Assembly: GCA_001643675.2 (NCBI GenBank)
Contig: LSRY02000002.1
Coordinates: 2,542,001-2,606,000, forward strand
From: Monocercomonoides exilis PA203
Taxonomy: Eukaryota; Protista; Preaxostyla
Length of the DNA: 64,000 nt
Reading direction: 5' to 3'
In this document: piece after piece, positions 24,131 to 38,300 of the stretch
Layout of the letters: each line of letters opens with the position of its first letter
Numbering within the stretch: the first letter of the stretch is position 1
Position numbers and translations under genes: made by a program
Notes under the pieces: model-generated
Told to the model about the DNA's origin: nothing
Databases searched by the model: none
The model's input: only the letters and a program-made list of their open reading frames with translations

Positions 24131-25654
24131 CAGAAATAAATATTCGTGAAATTCAATACTAATCATTTATAACAGTTCAAACAATAAAAACACTAAAATG
24201 TTGGATAGATTTCATTCTTTTTTATAAACATTATTGAATTGATGCATCACAGTGGAATGATTACAACAGAAAAAATAAATAAAAATCAAGATAATAAAGC
24301 CAAAAAAAATTTATTGAAAAACATAAATTCACTTTTTCATTCAAAATTTTGCTTTTTCCATAAGTATTTTGTTTTTATTGAACAGAAATAACAAACAAAA
24401 ACTGCTTGTCATAAAAAAAACAAATCAAAAACAATAAATCAATTGTATGAACGTTTTTCAAAAGAAAGCGAATGAAAATATACACAAAATATGAGTTGAT
24501 TTAACATTCATAGTTGCAAAATAAAGTACAATATTTGCTTGGCATTGTTAAAAGCGATTAAAACAAAAAAACCAATTCCAAAAAATTGAGGCCTATTAAC
24601 ATTGATAGAGTTAAAACATTCAAAGAATATATAGAAAATGAAATAATAAACAAGATATATAAAAATAGATAAAAACATACTATTTGTTCACTGGGGCCAG
24701 AGCAAACATGTAAATTTCTTGATTAAAATTGGCATATAACCTTTTATTAATTGATCAAACAATAGATTGACTTATTTTCAAAATGATTGAGTCATTTGCG
24801 AAAAGTTGAATTAAATTCAGAATGATCACTTCTTTTCGAAATGACTAAATAATTCTCGAATAGGTCTAATTACAACGATGCCTGTTTAAGGAAATATTAA
24901 TCAAATTTATTTTGAAATCTGAGAAAGCAAAATAAAGTGATGAGCGAAGCAGTTTTTCAATGCCTTGAACAAAAAAAGCTTGAAAGTCCGTACTTCCCCC
25001 CACATAATGAAATATTTGAATCAATCAGTGAATTGTTTTTCATCAACTTAAAAACTGATGTTTCTGTTCATTGGAATTGATAACGTTAATATTGTGAACT
25101 CACAAATTTAACATCATCTTTATCGAATGTTATTTATTGATAGAAAAAACGAAATGAAATGAAATGAAAGGAAAGGAAATTGGTCACAAATCAATACATT
25201 AATAGAGCCTCATATAATGTGACATGAAATCCAAATAAAGACTTCTCCCTTTTTCTTTTGTTGAAAAAACTTTTAAATATATTCTTTTTATTCATATGTT
25301 TTTTCGGAGAGTTGATTATTTGAAAGTTTTATTTCTTTGGAGACGAATAATTCACTAAAAAGAAAAGACAATGATTGACGTATATAATGATTACGTTTTC
25401 GACAATATTCAAAGAAAAATGATTTCTGAAACAAGTTTTTTCTTTTCATTGTTCATATATCAATATTTTTAGTGAATTCTCAAACCAAAATTTTTGTTAA
25501 AGTCAAAAAATGGATAAAATAATAATCATCTGTTGATATTTTTTTGAAAAGTTTTTTTAACTAATTTTCTGGTGAAATTAAAAATTGAAAATTTTCAGAA
25601 AAAAATTGGATACAACTTGCTTTACTTCACAAGAAAGGAAATATAGTCAACGCA

Positions 25655-25990
25655 AAAAATACAGGACAAGATCGATATCTCAATAACCACAAGAGGAATA
25701 ATTCTGACAATTTTCCTCAAAATATATCTCATCAATACAAACTCATTTAATACACAAAACTTTCAAAAAAGCATCGTTTGTGTCCGATAAAAACTGATAT
25801 TTAAATCTCGTAGAAATAAAATTTTGAGTTTCAATAAGATTCATCGAATATATTTCTCTGAGCACAAATGAAGCTGCTTTGAAAGCTTTGTATATTAAAT
25901 GAGTTTGTATTGATGAGATATATTTTGAGGAAAATTGTCAGAATTATTCCTCTTGTGGTTATTGAGATATCGATCTTGTCCGGTATTTTT
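25655..25990. repeat. Long inverted repeat/hairpin with a perfect 88-bp core (25665-25752 versus 25893-25980)
   Basis: Checked base by base: GACAAGATCGATATCTCAATAACC...ACTCATTTAATA is the exact reverse complement of 25893-25980. Imperfect pairing continues on both sides. Confidence 0.92.
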
Positions 25991-26665
25991 GGCACAAACT
26001 GTGTTTCAAAAAATGAGTATTTCAAAAAAAGTGTTATTTTCTTTTAATAATTACAGCTCCTTTGTCTTTAATTTCTTCGTTTATATATATCTTTTCTCTT
26101 TTTTAATATGAAAAGAATTAGACATTCAATAAGAAAATTTTTTTTGAGTGAAGGAAAAATCAACAATTTCATCCAACAATAACGAATTTAAAGAATGAAT
26201 TTTATTTTTTGTTTAGTCAAAAATGTGATTTTCAAAAATGAGAAAAAAATAACTATTATTTTCCAAAAAGGAATAATTCATCATATTTGTCATTTATTCA
26301 ATTCAATAATGTTTTATTGAAAAAGATAAAGAATTTCTTTGACATTTATGGAAATATTTAAAACGAATAATTATTTTTCTTTTATCGAAATAAATGATTT
26401 ATTATTTAAAAATTTCATTAAAAATTTTTTTAATCTCAAATAATATCTTCAAACTTTTTTGTTTACTAAACACAGAAGAAAATACAAAAAGATCAAAACT
26501 CAATCAATTGAGTGACACTGCATTTTAATTATTATTCACATTATTTTTCTATGGTAGAATTTTTGTGAGCATAAGACAGCATATCACATGAAGAAACCTA
26601 TAAAATTTATCAAATAATGATATTGCTGTTCAGGGTATATTTTTTATACAATAAAAAACTATTTT

Positions 26666-26669
<4 letters not shown>

Positions 26670-26713
<44 letters not shown>
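26670..26713. repeat. (AAT)n microsatellite
   Basis: Directly visible. Confidence 0.9.
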
Positions 26714-26716
<3 letters not shown>

Positions 26717-26782
26717 TAACTTTTCAACGAAAAATTAAAAAAATATAAAATAAAACCAATTGCATTAAATTTAAACATTTCA

Positions 26783-28247
26783 TTACATTTTCCAGCCTAT
26801 CCATAACTGAGAACCTGTTTGTTGCACGTACTCTGGTTCGATACAATTGATTTGACATGGAATGTTAAATACATAAACGACGAAATTTGATGGAATTGAA
26901 GAAATATGAGTAAGAGTTGAATTTTCTTCGTCAGAAAGAAAAGGAGGAGTAAATTGTAAAAAATGTTCTGATGACAATGTTGATTCTAACTCATTTAAAA
27001 TGTTCAACGATTTGTTTGCAACAGCTTTCTGAGTTTCGAAAGAAGATTCCATTTCCTTTGAATTTGCTTGAGTTAGAGATGATTCAGTTTGTTCGCTTCC
27101 TCCTCGAGAGATATAATTGCGTTCATCATTTAAAATATGTGTTTCTTGAACTGCGATAGGTTCACTTCTGCTGATACATCCAAATTCACTCTTGAGACCT
27201 GATTCACCATAAATGATTAATGTTGATTGAAAAGTAATATAATCAAAAGTTTGTAGTGGTAAAAAAGGGATAAATAAAACGATATGATTTGGATCTTCTG
27301 AAAAATTCCCTTCAAATTGGATCTTGCAATCTGTAAGCGTTTTGTCTTTGCTCAAATTCTTCCCAATTACAAAATTTTTTGCTTCATGAATATTCGAAGT
27401 TCTATTATGATCAAAATGTTTATTTTCTTGATTAACTCCTTGACTATCAACTTGTGTGTTTTCTCCAGTTTTATTTCTACTTTCAAAAATTTCTTCTTCA
27501 TGAAATCCATCATCGTAGTACATGAAAAAACAATGAAATAATGTATCAGTAACCGAATCAACGAAAATATCAGCAACCGTATCATCATCGACAACGGATT
27601 GCACTAAACTCAGCGAATTTTTTTGCTTTTTGATTTGTTTTTTTTGCGAAAACTCTTCAAGTTCAGACCATGACCATCCAATTTCCATTTGATTAGTATT
27701 TTGCAAAAAAAAATCAATTTCCTGATGCATATTCTCGCAATCAATCAATTCAGGATATAGTAAAAGTCCAGAATATACTTTTCTTCCTGCTGAATCAAAT
27801 AGTTTATATTCAATATAAAACATATTATTGAAACATACATGTATCAAAACTTGTTATTGAATTAATTTTTAATTGCTCAGGAAGTGTTTGCATGCAATAT
27901 CCATGCTTTTTTGCTCCAGATACATAATAATATCTTAGTAGATTCGATAAATATTTCCCAAGAATTGTAATTGATATATTGTATGGATTTATCTTTCCTT
28001 TTCCATGCTGAATTTTCATAGAAAACAAATCGAACAATACAGTAGCAGGAACAGCCAAATGAGCTTCATTTGGCTTGTTAGAAAATCTGCAAAATATTCT
28101 GAGAAAAAGAAAAAACATCTGTACGGTATCAGGCTGATTTTTCAACCAATAATGCGAAGGAAGAAGTATAACAGTTGGTTTAATGTTTTCTTCCATACGT
28201 CTTTTTGGATCTTCCGAAAAATACGAAGGACGGAAGTCAATATCCAT
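26783..28247 (-). CDS. Hypothetical protein, at least 2 exons (49-nt intron 27838-27790)
   Basis: Two ORFs joined in frame by GTATGT...TTCAG. No recognisable domain; ends uncertain. Confidence 0.55.
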
Positions 28248-28528
28248 TTTGAAAAATAAAATAATAAAAAATTAAATATTTCGAAAACAATATTAAGTAA
28301 AAAAAGATCAAAAACTCGAATGTGGAACATATTCAAAAATTGTTATTAATAGAACTTCCAAATAATTATAACAAATATTTTTTGAAAAATGAAAATTATT
28401 GATCCTAACCATATGAACCTATTTTAATTGACGAGTTTAATTTTAGTCTTTAACCCGGAAGATAGATTTAAAAACGCAAGCTGTATAGGGTAAAGAATTG
28501 ACATTCAATACGGTTGACACTTAAAACT

Positions 28529-30177
28529 ATGACAACTTTTTTTTCGGATGCACAATTTATGCCAGGAACACCAACACAAAGTTGTCTTTTTTTTGCTTTT
28601 TAACTTTCATTTTACATGTATTTTTCTTTTTTTTTTGCCATTTCACCAACTGCATTAATAAAGTTTTTGACGGAATCGAGAACTATTCAACGAATTATTG
28701 TGAATTGCTTCCATCGTCAAAACAGGCTGAAACAGACTTTATTGTGTCACTTATACCGCATCATCCTACAGATAACATTGCTCAATATCAACAAGCGTTA
28801 TACCCCATAAATGATGTCGTATATTTACCAGAATTTTGCTCCGAGTCATTTCAACAGTTTATACCAACTCAAGTTGCTCCCCTTTCAATTGAATCTTCTC
28901 CATGGATCCCTCAGAAAAAGACACCACGAGAAGAAGCAATACGTCATCACAAAAATTCACAAAAACAACAGAAACAATCGATTCATAAACCAACACCATT
29001 AAAACCACAAAAAACAAGTAAATTATCAGCATCATCTGCTGCATTTTATCCTCCATCATTATTATTACAAAACCATAAAAACACTACAACAAGTCATCCA
29101 CATGAACCAACAAAGATAACTTCTTTAAATAAAGAATTATCCACTCACGAGCAAACACGACATAATGATCACTCTTTGAATGAAAAATCAAAGGCAAAAG
29201 TTTCGTCTCACCATTTAAACCCCAAAGCAAGACCATTTTTCCCTCCTTTTCCACTTCCTCATTCATCATCTTCTGCTCCTCCTATTTCAAATGCAAATAT
29301 CATAACTTCAAAGAGATCCAAACACTCAACCAAAAGTTCAAATTCAAAAAAAGAGACAACGTCTGCTCTTGCTTCAACTCACACTTCATCTTTCGCGATG
29401 CATTCCACTATAAAAGCACCATCAACGCCAACGACACTCACAAATAGAACACATTCACATCACGGCACAGATCTGCCTTCGCCTTTGTGCTTCGCATCGC
29501 ACCCTTCTTCTTCACCTATTCTTCTCGTGTCGTCTGGCAAAACTCAACAAGCGTCGCACTTCCATCATCATCAGCAGCAACAACAACAACTTCAACAGAC
29601 AAATCCCGCTTTTGGATCGACGCTGCCGTGGGGTTCGTGTCGCTTTGAAAGCGGAACTGATTCTTTGCCTTCGCTGCCGCCTATTCCTGATCTCTCGGAC
29701 AGCGAAGAATGCTTCATGAATGCACACAGCATCCATTCAGATGAAGAAAACACGATTCAAACGGACACTTCAGAAGAACGCGAGAAGCTCTCGAATAAGT
29801 TGGACGAAGAGACAGGAAGAAACATCGAGTCAGAAAGTGACTATTCAACAAGTTCGCTTGATGACTTCGCTCAAACTGGTGCCCCAGATGAAAACATGTG
29901 GGGAGACAGTGCTAACACAGACACAGCTAATGCGCTCATTTCAGCTGCTGAGGTGAATAAATGTGATGAATGTGCTGATTCTTATCAATCCAGAAAAGGC
30001 TTTGATAAAGATATCCTGAAAGCTAATGATGGAGAAATAGAAGATGACATGTTGATACCGCCTCCTCCTTCTGTTCCTCCTCCTCCTTCTCCTCCAACTT
30101 CTCCTATATCTTCTGAACTTTCTGACCTACCAAAAGTTCTTGAATTGATCCAAAGAATACCACTTCCCACATCTTGA
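28529..30177 (+). CDS. Low-complexity protein with two PAM2-like (PABP-interacting) motifs
   Basis: Long ORF 28582-30177 with a probable short first exon (in-frame ATG at 28529 or 28559). SKLSASSAAFYP (29017-29052), HHLNPKARPFFP (29209-29244), poly-Q, acidic and poly-Pro tracts. Confidence 0.65.
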
Positions 30178-30661
30178 ATAAATTTAAGTTTTGTTTATGT
30201 GATAATTTAACTGCTTTTTATTAAATTTTAATAAGTTATGTTATAAGCGTATGTTATTATTTTATGCTTTTAGAATAATATTTCTTTGATTTCCTTTTAT
30301 TTAAAACGTTTGTCACATTTCCTCCCTTATTTTGATTCTGATAATTTATTGCACTACGTTTATTAATTATTCTTTCCCTTTTTTCCCATGTGAATCTGCC
30401 TATTATTATAATTTTTTCCTTTAAGTTATCACCACATAATCTGCTTAATTTTCATTTTCAGTTTTAATAATTTCACCCAAAAGCTTCTATTAAACCACAA
30501 AATAGAAGTAAAACAAATTACAAAATAATTATTTCTTTTGTTCTCTTGCTTTTTAATATTTTTAAAATTTGGAATTACATCGCAAAGTTAAAACGCGAAT
30601 GAATTTGTTGGAACAGAAAAAAAAAATGAAAAATTTCGTAAACAGTAAGCCAAAAGAATGT

Positions 30662-31042
30662 TTACTCCAATGCTGCGATACATTCAATTTCAACCATTGC
30701 TCCCATTGGCAATTGCTTCACAGCAAATGCAGATCTTGCAGGAGGTGCTGAAGGGAAGAAAGTTGCATAAACTCCGTTCATCTCTCCAAAATCGGCCATA
30801 TCAGCAAGAAGAACAGTTGTCTTAACAATGTTCTCCAATTTTGCTCCTGCAGCCTCCAAAACAGCTGAGATATTACGAAATACTTGAGCTGTTTGTTCTT
30901 TAATTCCACCTTCAACAAGTTTCTTTGTTGCAATGTCAATGGGAATTTGTCCGCTCAAAAATAACAGATTTCCTACTTTTCTAGCTTGGCAGTAGGGCCC
31001 AATTGGCAAAGGTGCTTTATCAGTGAATATAACAGAAGACAT
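30662..31042 (-). CDS. ridA: RidA/YjgF/YER057c/UK114 enamine/imine deaminase, 126 aa, intronless
   Basis: APLPIGPYCQA, LFLSGQIP, NIVKTTVLLADMADFGEMNGVY, PPARSAFAVKQLP (catalytic Arg), VEIECIA. Confidence 0.96.
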   Translation of the reverse strand: MSSVIFTDKAPLPIGPYCQARKVGNLLFLSGQIPIDIATKKLVEGGIKEQTAQVFRNISAVLEAAGAKLENIVKTTVLLADMADFGEMNGVYATFFPSAPPARSAFAVKQLPMGAMVEIECIAALE

Positions 31043-32344
31043 CGAAAATCTTTCCTTTTTGTTTCATAGCCATTATAAATATTCAAATAAGTCTAAGTTG
31101 GGAATATTATGATCAGTTCATTTCATTTACAAATAATTTGAAACTGTGAAAGCTAAATTCAATAACTGTTTTATAAGTTAAAATTTCACAACAATATTTT
31201 GACAAACATCTATGACGTGTTAAAGTTCTTCCTTCTTCAACGGAATTTTACTCTTTTATCACAGTTTAAGTCTTTCTGTGTAATAAAAGATTCAAAAAAG
31301 AATGAATTACACCCGTTAGTTTAAATTTATTTTTTTGAAAATATTAAAAAAAACAATTAACCAAATTTGAATATTTGTTTTTAAACACAAATATATATTT
31401 TCAAAACTTTTTGTGAAAAAATGATTTAGAATTTGTCCAACTTCAATTACAATGAAGTACACTCTTTGCATATGTGCTTTTGTGAATAACGATTTTCATA
31501 AATCTTTAAGAAATCGCCAACAAGTCGAATGAACCACGAACTGCTCCTTTATTCCATTTTTATGTCGTGACCAACTATTTCAGATGAATTGACAAAAAAA
31601 TTTTTTTCCTTGATAACAATTGAGGAAACATATCCTTTGGAGTTTAAAATTACACGTTATGAAACAAATTAAGTTTAGGAGACAAATTATCTGTTAAATT
31701 CTTTTTAAGATAAATATGGAAAACAAAAAGAAAACAACTTGTACACACATCGAAGAATGCTTTAGAACGTTTTTAATTGCACAATTTGATAAAGGTATAA
31801 TCTTGCTGAAGATTTTTCTTCTGAAAATTCGGTTTCCTGAAGCAATTTTTGAAGGTATTAACATATTTTTTTATCTTTAACCTTTCACTTAGAATGTCAA
31901 AAGTCATTATTTCTTTCAAAAAATAGAAATGAGCATATGTTTTGGATGGTCATATTTCGTTTGTTGTCATTCACAGTTTCGTTTACAAGAATTTGTTCTG
32001 AATAGTTCTATCAATGAAGATGATTTGAAAATAAAAAGGAAAATTTATTTTGATAGCAATTACATTCTAAATTTCATGATTATTGAAGGAACAGAGTGTT
32101 TAGTGTGTTTTTTGCTTCCATAGCAGCCACTCACAACGCTACATATTCATTTTTGAAAAAATCAAAAGCTTGATCTCAAATGCCTTTAAACGAAAAAATT
32201 TCTTTCAACACCAACTTTTGGTTCATCTTGATCTTTCCATATCGAATTCTTCTTATAGCGAATTATCTTTTCCAATTAAGAAGGAATTTGCTTCTCTCGC
32301 AAAATATTGGTCGATTTGCATTTTAATATTGCAAATTATCAGAA

Positions 32345-35300
32345 ATGATTATAAAAACAGAACTATTTCTTTTGCTTCTTTTCAGTTGCATGGAATTTCA
32401 ATCAAATAACGCAATTGATGGAATTCAAGTTCAAAGAATGAGGCAAGATTTCAATAAAATAGAATCTCTCAACGAGGTTTTAACAAAGAACGACATATGC
32501 AATGAAATTTCTAATAAGTTTGGATTGAATGATAAGCGCTTTAAGGTTGGAGAAATAAATCACTGTTTTCATTTTGGAAGTGTTGTTTGTTCAACAGTTA
32601 TTCTTCATAACTCAACATCCAATAACTTGCATATCACATTTTCAACTCAAAATGAAAGAGCTATTTTGAATATTTCTGGTTCGTCTTTGTCAATTATTTC
32701 TTGCAGAATAATATGCAGTGAAAGTCTTGAAAATTCGCTCTTCTACGGAGAGGGATTAACAATTATCACAAATTTGACTATGAGATACTGTTCTGAAAAC
32801 TCTTTGAAAGCAAGCATCTTCAGTTTTAGCTGCATGAATTCTGCTTTTATCGTTCAAAATTCCATTTTTTGTGATAAAATGTCAATTGAAAGAAGCTTTT
32901 TGCTGAGTGGAACAGTGGGATTTGAAAAGGTTCAAAATTGCATTTTCAGAAACATTTCACAAAAGGGCGAGATTGTTGAACGAGTGAAAAATGAAGGAAG
33001 TTGGAGAGAAAGTTTTATGGAAGATTGTTTAATTGAATGTTCTAAAAATGCTCTCGAAGGTGGGATTTCTTGTGGATCATGTTATTCTTCTTGTCTTTTC
33101 TGTAGAAACACTTCATTTATTGGAAATACGAGAAGTGACATTTTGTCTTCGAGTCAAAGCAGAATTGACACGACAGAAACGCAATTATATGAAAAAGTCG
33201 AATGGATAAACTGTAATGCTTCGTGCGGAGGAGCAATTTATATTCATGACAATTTTGGTGCTTCCTTGACAGTTAACAACTCTTCATTTATCAGGTGCAA
33301 TGCAACTTCAACTCGAGGAGGAGGCATTTATGCAGTGAGTATCGCAGGATGTTTTGTGAAGGATTCTACATTTGAAGGCTGTTATTGCGTTTCATCAACA
33401 AACAATGGAGGAGCATGCATTGGAATGGAATTTTTATCTAACCAGGCCTTCGTTGAAAACTGCTTATTCAAAGATGGATGGTCAGGGAACGATGCAGGTG
33501 GTTTGGGAATTTGGAGTTCAATGACAACAAGAACAAAAGACTGCGTTGTGGATTGTTCATTTGTCAATTGCAGTGGAAACGATGGAAATTCTGACGGAGG
33601 TGGATTCACAAGTTGGAGTCCAAGTGACAAAATAGTTTTGCGTAACTGCTTATTTCAAGATTGCTTAAGCTTGTATTGCGGAGGCGGTTTGTCAATCCAG
33701 GTTGGACATTTTGAAGGAGAAGCATTATTGTTTTGCTTTTTTCACAATAATTGTTGCCCTCGCGGGAATGACATTGCAGTGAGAGACTGTAGCACTTCCT
33801 CGAAGATTGCTTGGTGCTTCACAACACGAACAGACGGAAATAGGTATTATGCAGACGAAGATAAAAGCGAATGGCTTCCTAATGGAGGAAGAAGCAGATT
33901 TGTTGCTTCAAAAGAGATTCAAGCAAATGCAAAAGACACATTCAGCTGTGGATTGAATGAAAGCTATACATGTCTCACAATCAGCCATTGCCTTTCCCAA
34001 ATGATTGTGGGGTTTGTGGAGGAAATCAAGGTGTTGAGTGGAACAGTTGTGGAAGGCAAAGGAATTGATATTGGGGAGAAAACGATCACTGTGAATGGGG
34101 CTTCTTCATCTGGTTCAGCCATTGAAACAAAATTTGAATCAAATGGATTGAGTCTGTTTTGTGTTGGAACAGGGGAATTGGCAGTGAGTGATCTGTCAGT
34201 GGTTCACAATTCATCGTTTGAAAACAACAGGCAATGCAGACTGTTTGAGGTTGAGGGAAGTGGGTTGATGGATGTGAAGAGAATGAATATATCGATGGAT
34301 GCAGCTCATTCAGAAGAAAGGAGCATTCAAAACTCACTTGTGAAACTGGAAGGGGGAGAACTGAAGATGCAAGATGTGAGATGGGAACAAACATTCAGCA
34401 CCACAAGTGTGATGTCACTTTCTCAAGAATCATCTGTGACATTGTCTCTGGATAACTGTGCGTTCAGCAACATTGTGAGAACAACAGCAGGATCATCGCT
34501 GATGAGCGTGAGTGAGGGGTTATATTCAATAACTCTTGAGGGATGCACGATTGATGGGTGTGTGAATGAAGACTGTGAGTTTGGAGGGGGAATGATGGCT
34601 GAAGTGGGAAGTGGGAGTTCATTGAATGTGAAAGGAGGCATTGTGAAGAACTGTTATGCCTCAGCCACACAAGGGAGAGGAGGAGGAATCGGGCTGAAAG
34701 TGAAAGATACGAGCGCAGATTTTTTAATATCATCAGCATTTGAAGGGAACAGGGCCAGATGGGGAAGTGACATTTTTGTTGACTCGATCGATCTGGAGTC
34801 AACTGCAACAAGTGGGAAGATCACTTCATTGACTGCTTCATTGGAAACAAAGAGCAAGATGCAGGGATATGAAAATGGGGATGAATCGTTCCCAATTCCA
34901 TTGTGTGTCTATTTGTGGAACAACTTTTCTCCACCAGCGTTTGTTGGAGGGGGATCATTGAGCCATGATTTCTCGAAGTGTGGATTTGAAGAGTTTCCGT
35001 GTTCGTCCATTTCGAAGGCAGCGTCGCTCCACTTTGAAGGGAAGATAAAGGATGTTGCTCTTCTTGAGCCATTTTCCTTTGAGGAAGAATTGGAGTTGAC
35101 TTCGAATGAATGGAGCATTACATCCAAAGAGGATGAGATGAAGTGCGATGTTTCTGATCAGAAAGAGGGAGCTCAAAGTGGATTGATTGAAAACTCAGTC
35201 AGTGTGTCTGTGACAGGAATTGTATTTTCGATTACAAAATTGCTGACCTTTCATGAAAGTGTGTTTGAGTGCCATTTAGGGAAACTCACACTGAATGAAT

Positions 35301-38300
35301 GTGGGATGGAAGGAGGGGATGAGACTATTTCGACTGTGTTTGTGAAGGCTGTTGGAGGGGTTGTGGAGGTGAGTGAGTTTGGATCAAAAAGTGTTGCCAA
35401 ATGGGGTTTTTCGTTTTTCATTGTTGAAGGTGATTCTAGAAGCAAGCCTTCGATGAATATGACGAACAGCAATTTTGGAGAAATCTCATTTGCTGATGGA
35501 TGTGTTGTTGAGTGCCACAACGGAAATATCGAAGAGATATCTGGTTGCACATTTTCATCGATTACTCGTTCAAAGAGAAGTGGAGGATGCATCAGCATTG
35601 TGAACAATGAGGATGATGATGATGGAAGAGATTTCAAAGTGGAAATTAATGACTGTACATTTGAAGGGTGTGCTATTACTGGAGAGGAGGGAAATGAGAT
35701 TGGAGGAGGTGCACTCTTTTGTGAAGCATCTTCGAAAACGAATCTTTTGATTAATTTGTGTAAGTTTTATTATTGCAGAGCACCATATGAAGAGAGAAGT
35801 GTTGGATATGGAGGAGGAATAATGCTGAAGATACTGAAAGAAGAAGAAGGAAAGGCAGGGTTTGTGATATCCTCATTAGCTTTTTCATCTGGGAAGCCAA
35901 ACAATGCGAAATATGGGAAGGACCTGTTCATTTCATCTCCATCGCTTATCAGCAGCATCAAGAACGAAACTCTGCCATTTGTGAATGATAGATTGGAGAT
36001 GCTGACAGAAGATTCGATGAGAGGGTATGATGGTGAAAACAGAGAGTGCGCAATTCCACTGATCTATTTCTGGAAAAAGGTTGGGTCAAATGTGCATGTT
36101 GATCAGGAAGGAAACAATGTTGTTGTGTGTGGATTGAGCGAGTATCCGTGCGGGTCCGTTGATTATGGGCTGAAGAGAGGGAGTCGTTTGGGGATTGAGT
36201 CGATTGCCATTCAGGGGACTTGTAATGTGAGGAGCGAAATGAGAATGAGTGGGATGAAGTTGGAAGGAACAAATAGGGAATCAGACAAAATACAATTTGT
36301 GAAAGAGATTGAAGGGGATGAGGATGCTGTCGTTGAATGCAAAGGGATTGTTCAATTCAATGGATTGGGGATTCTGATTCCCAGTTCCTTTGACAATGGA
36401 GCAAGCATCCTCATCCAGACAGGATCAGATTCAGTCAAAACGAGTGTTGTGTGCTGTTCAATTAACACAAGTGACAACGTGATTGGTGAGGTGTCATTTG
36501 TTCTGATCAGTGCATCGAAAGGAATTGTTTCAATTGAAAAGACAGAAATAGTTGGATTCTCAACGATGCATGAGATAATGAGCATATCAGCTGATTGTGT
36601 GACAACCATGAACAATGTGATATTTAAAGATATTTCATTGAGCGGGAAAAGTGCAATTGCAATGAGAGAAATTGAGATTCCTGGAAATGGAAATGATAAC
36701 TCAGAAGAAGAGCGGATTGTTCTGTTTGAGCAATGTTCATTTTTGAATGTGAAGCACAGTATGTCAAGTAATCCTTCATTTCTTTTCTGTGATGTTCCAA
36801 ATGAAGTGAATTTGAAAATGGAGAATTCGACAATTGATGGTTGTGGATCAACAAGCTCGAATGAAGGAGGAGGAGTGTTTTTCCTTCTCAATGAGAAAGG
36901 GAGTTTGGAGATTAATCACACAAATGTGACAGAATGTTTCTGTTCGAATATTGGGAGAGGCGGAGGGATATTTTTGAAATCACAAAGTGATTCACAGAAG
37001 GCATTGCCATTTGTGCTGTCGAACATCACATTCAAGGGGAATGTTGCACTGAAGGGGAGGGATGTGTTTGTGAAGTGCACTGATCTTGACTCGCAGATAA
37101 GTGAATCACAGTTCTTGATAAATTTTGGGGAGCCATTTGTGAGGGAGCTGGCGATATGGGGTTGCACAGCAGACAATTATGGGGATGAAGAGGATCTATT
37201 GGGGAGGGTGTATGTGTTCAGAAGTGAATTCATGTTTGTGTCTTCAATTGTGGAGAACAGCAATGACAGCAAGAACTGTGGGGAAATGAAGAGTGCATGC
37301 TCATCGCTGAATGTTGGAGTGAGCCACATCATCCCATCAGATTATTCACTGCTGTTTGTTTGGAATGAAACAGTTTTAACTGGTTCATGTTCAGCTCAGA
37401 AGGTGACAATCAAGTCGATGGAAGCAAACAGAAATGCTGAGATAAAAGTGAGAGAGTTCGATTTGGCATGTGAAGGAGTAGTGAGAACTTCAGAATCTGT
37501 TCGATTTGAGAAAGTATCATTTGTTTTTAGTGGAATGAGAAATATTGTCTGCTCGTGCTTAATACATCAACTGAATGGATCTCTTATTCTGGAATCTGTT
37601 TCATTCTTGTTTGAGAACAAAACAAAAGAGAATTCGCAAATCATTTTTGACTTTTCTCTGATTGTTGTTGAAGAAGGGATTTTTCAGGCAGATCGGTGCA
37701 GTGTTGGTCACTTGAGCTTCTCGAAGACTGTATTCGAGATATTTCACTCAAAAATGGCAGCATTTGAGGATGTGGGAGTGGATGATGTGGAATGCAAGAG
37801 TTCGTTGATTGAATGCGGGAAAAGCGAGAAAGTGAGTGTTTCGAAGCTTACAGCCACAAATATTTTGTTGGAAGATGAGAGCCTGATCTCACTTGAAAAC
37901 AGCCACTCATCACTTGTTTTGTCATTGGTGTTGTCATCATTCACAAACATCAGCCGATCGAGTGATGGGCCTTGCATTGTTTGCACAAGTCATCCGATAG
38001 GCTGTTTTGAGATGTGCAACTGCTCTTTTCATGAGTGCTCATCAGAGTTGCCAAAAGGAAGCCAAATTGCGATGGCATTGGTAGAGAAGATATTGATTGA
38101 GTCGTGTGTGTTTGAAGGAAGTTTAGAGGAAAGAAACGAGAATTATATGAATCAAGAAGAAGAGATATGCAGATGGAATGGATCTCTTGTTGATGTCGAA
38201 AAGAGTTCTGTGATGATAAAAGATACAACAATATCAAATTCACCAGAAGGTGGAATAACAATGAGTGGAGGAAATGTGTTTATTGAAGCTGGGAATTTCT

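Noticed and set aside
31100-32340. Small gene between RidA and the giant receptor
   Set aside because: Only short ORFs with no recognisable product or consistent splice model.
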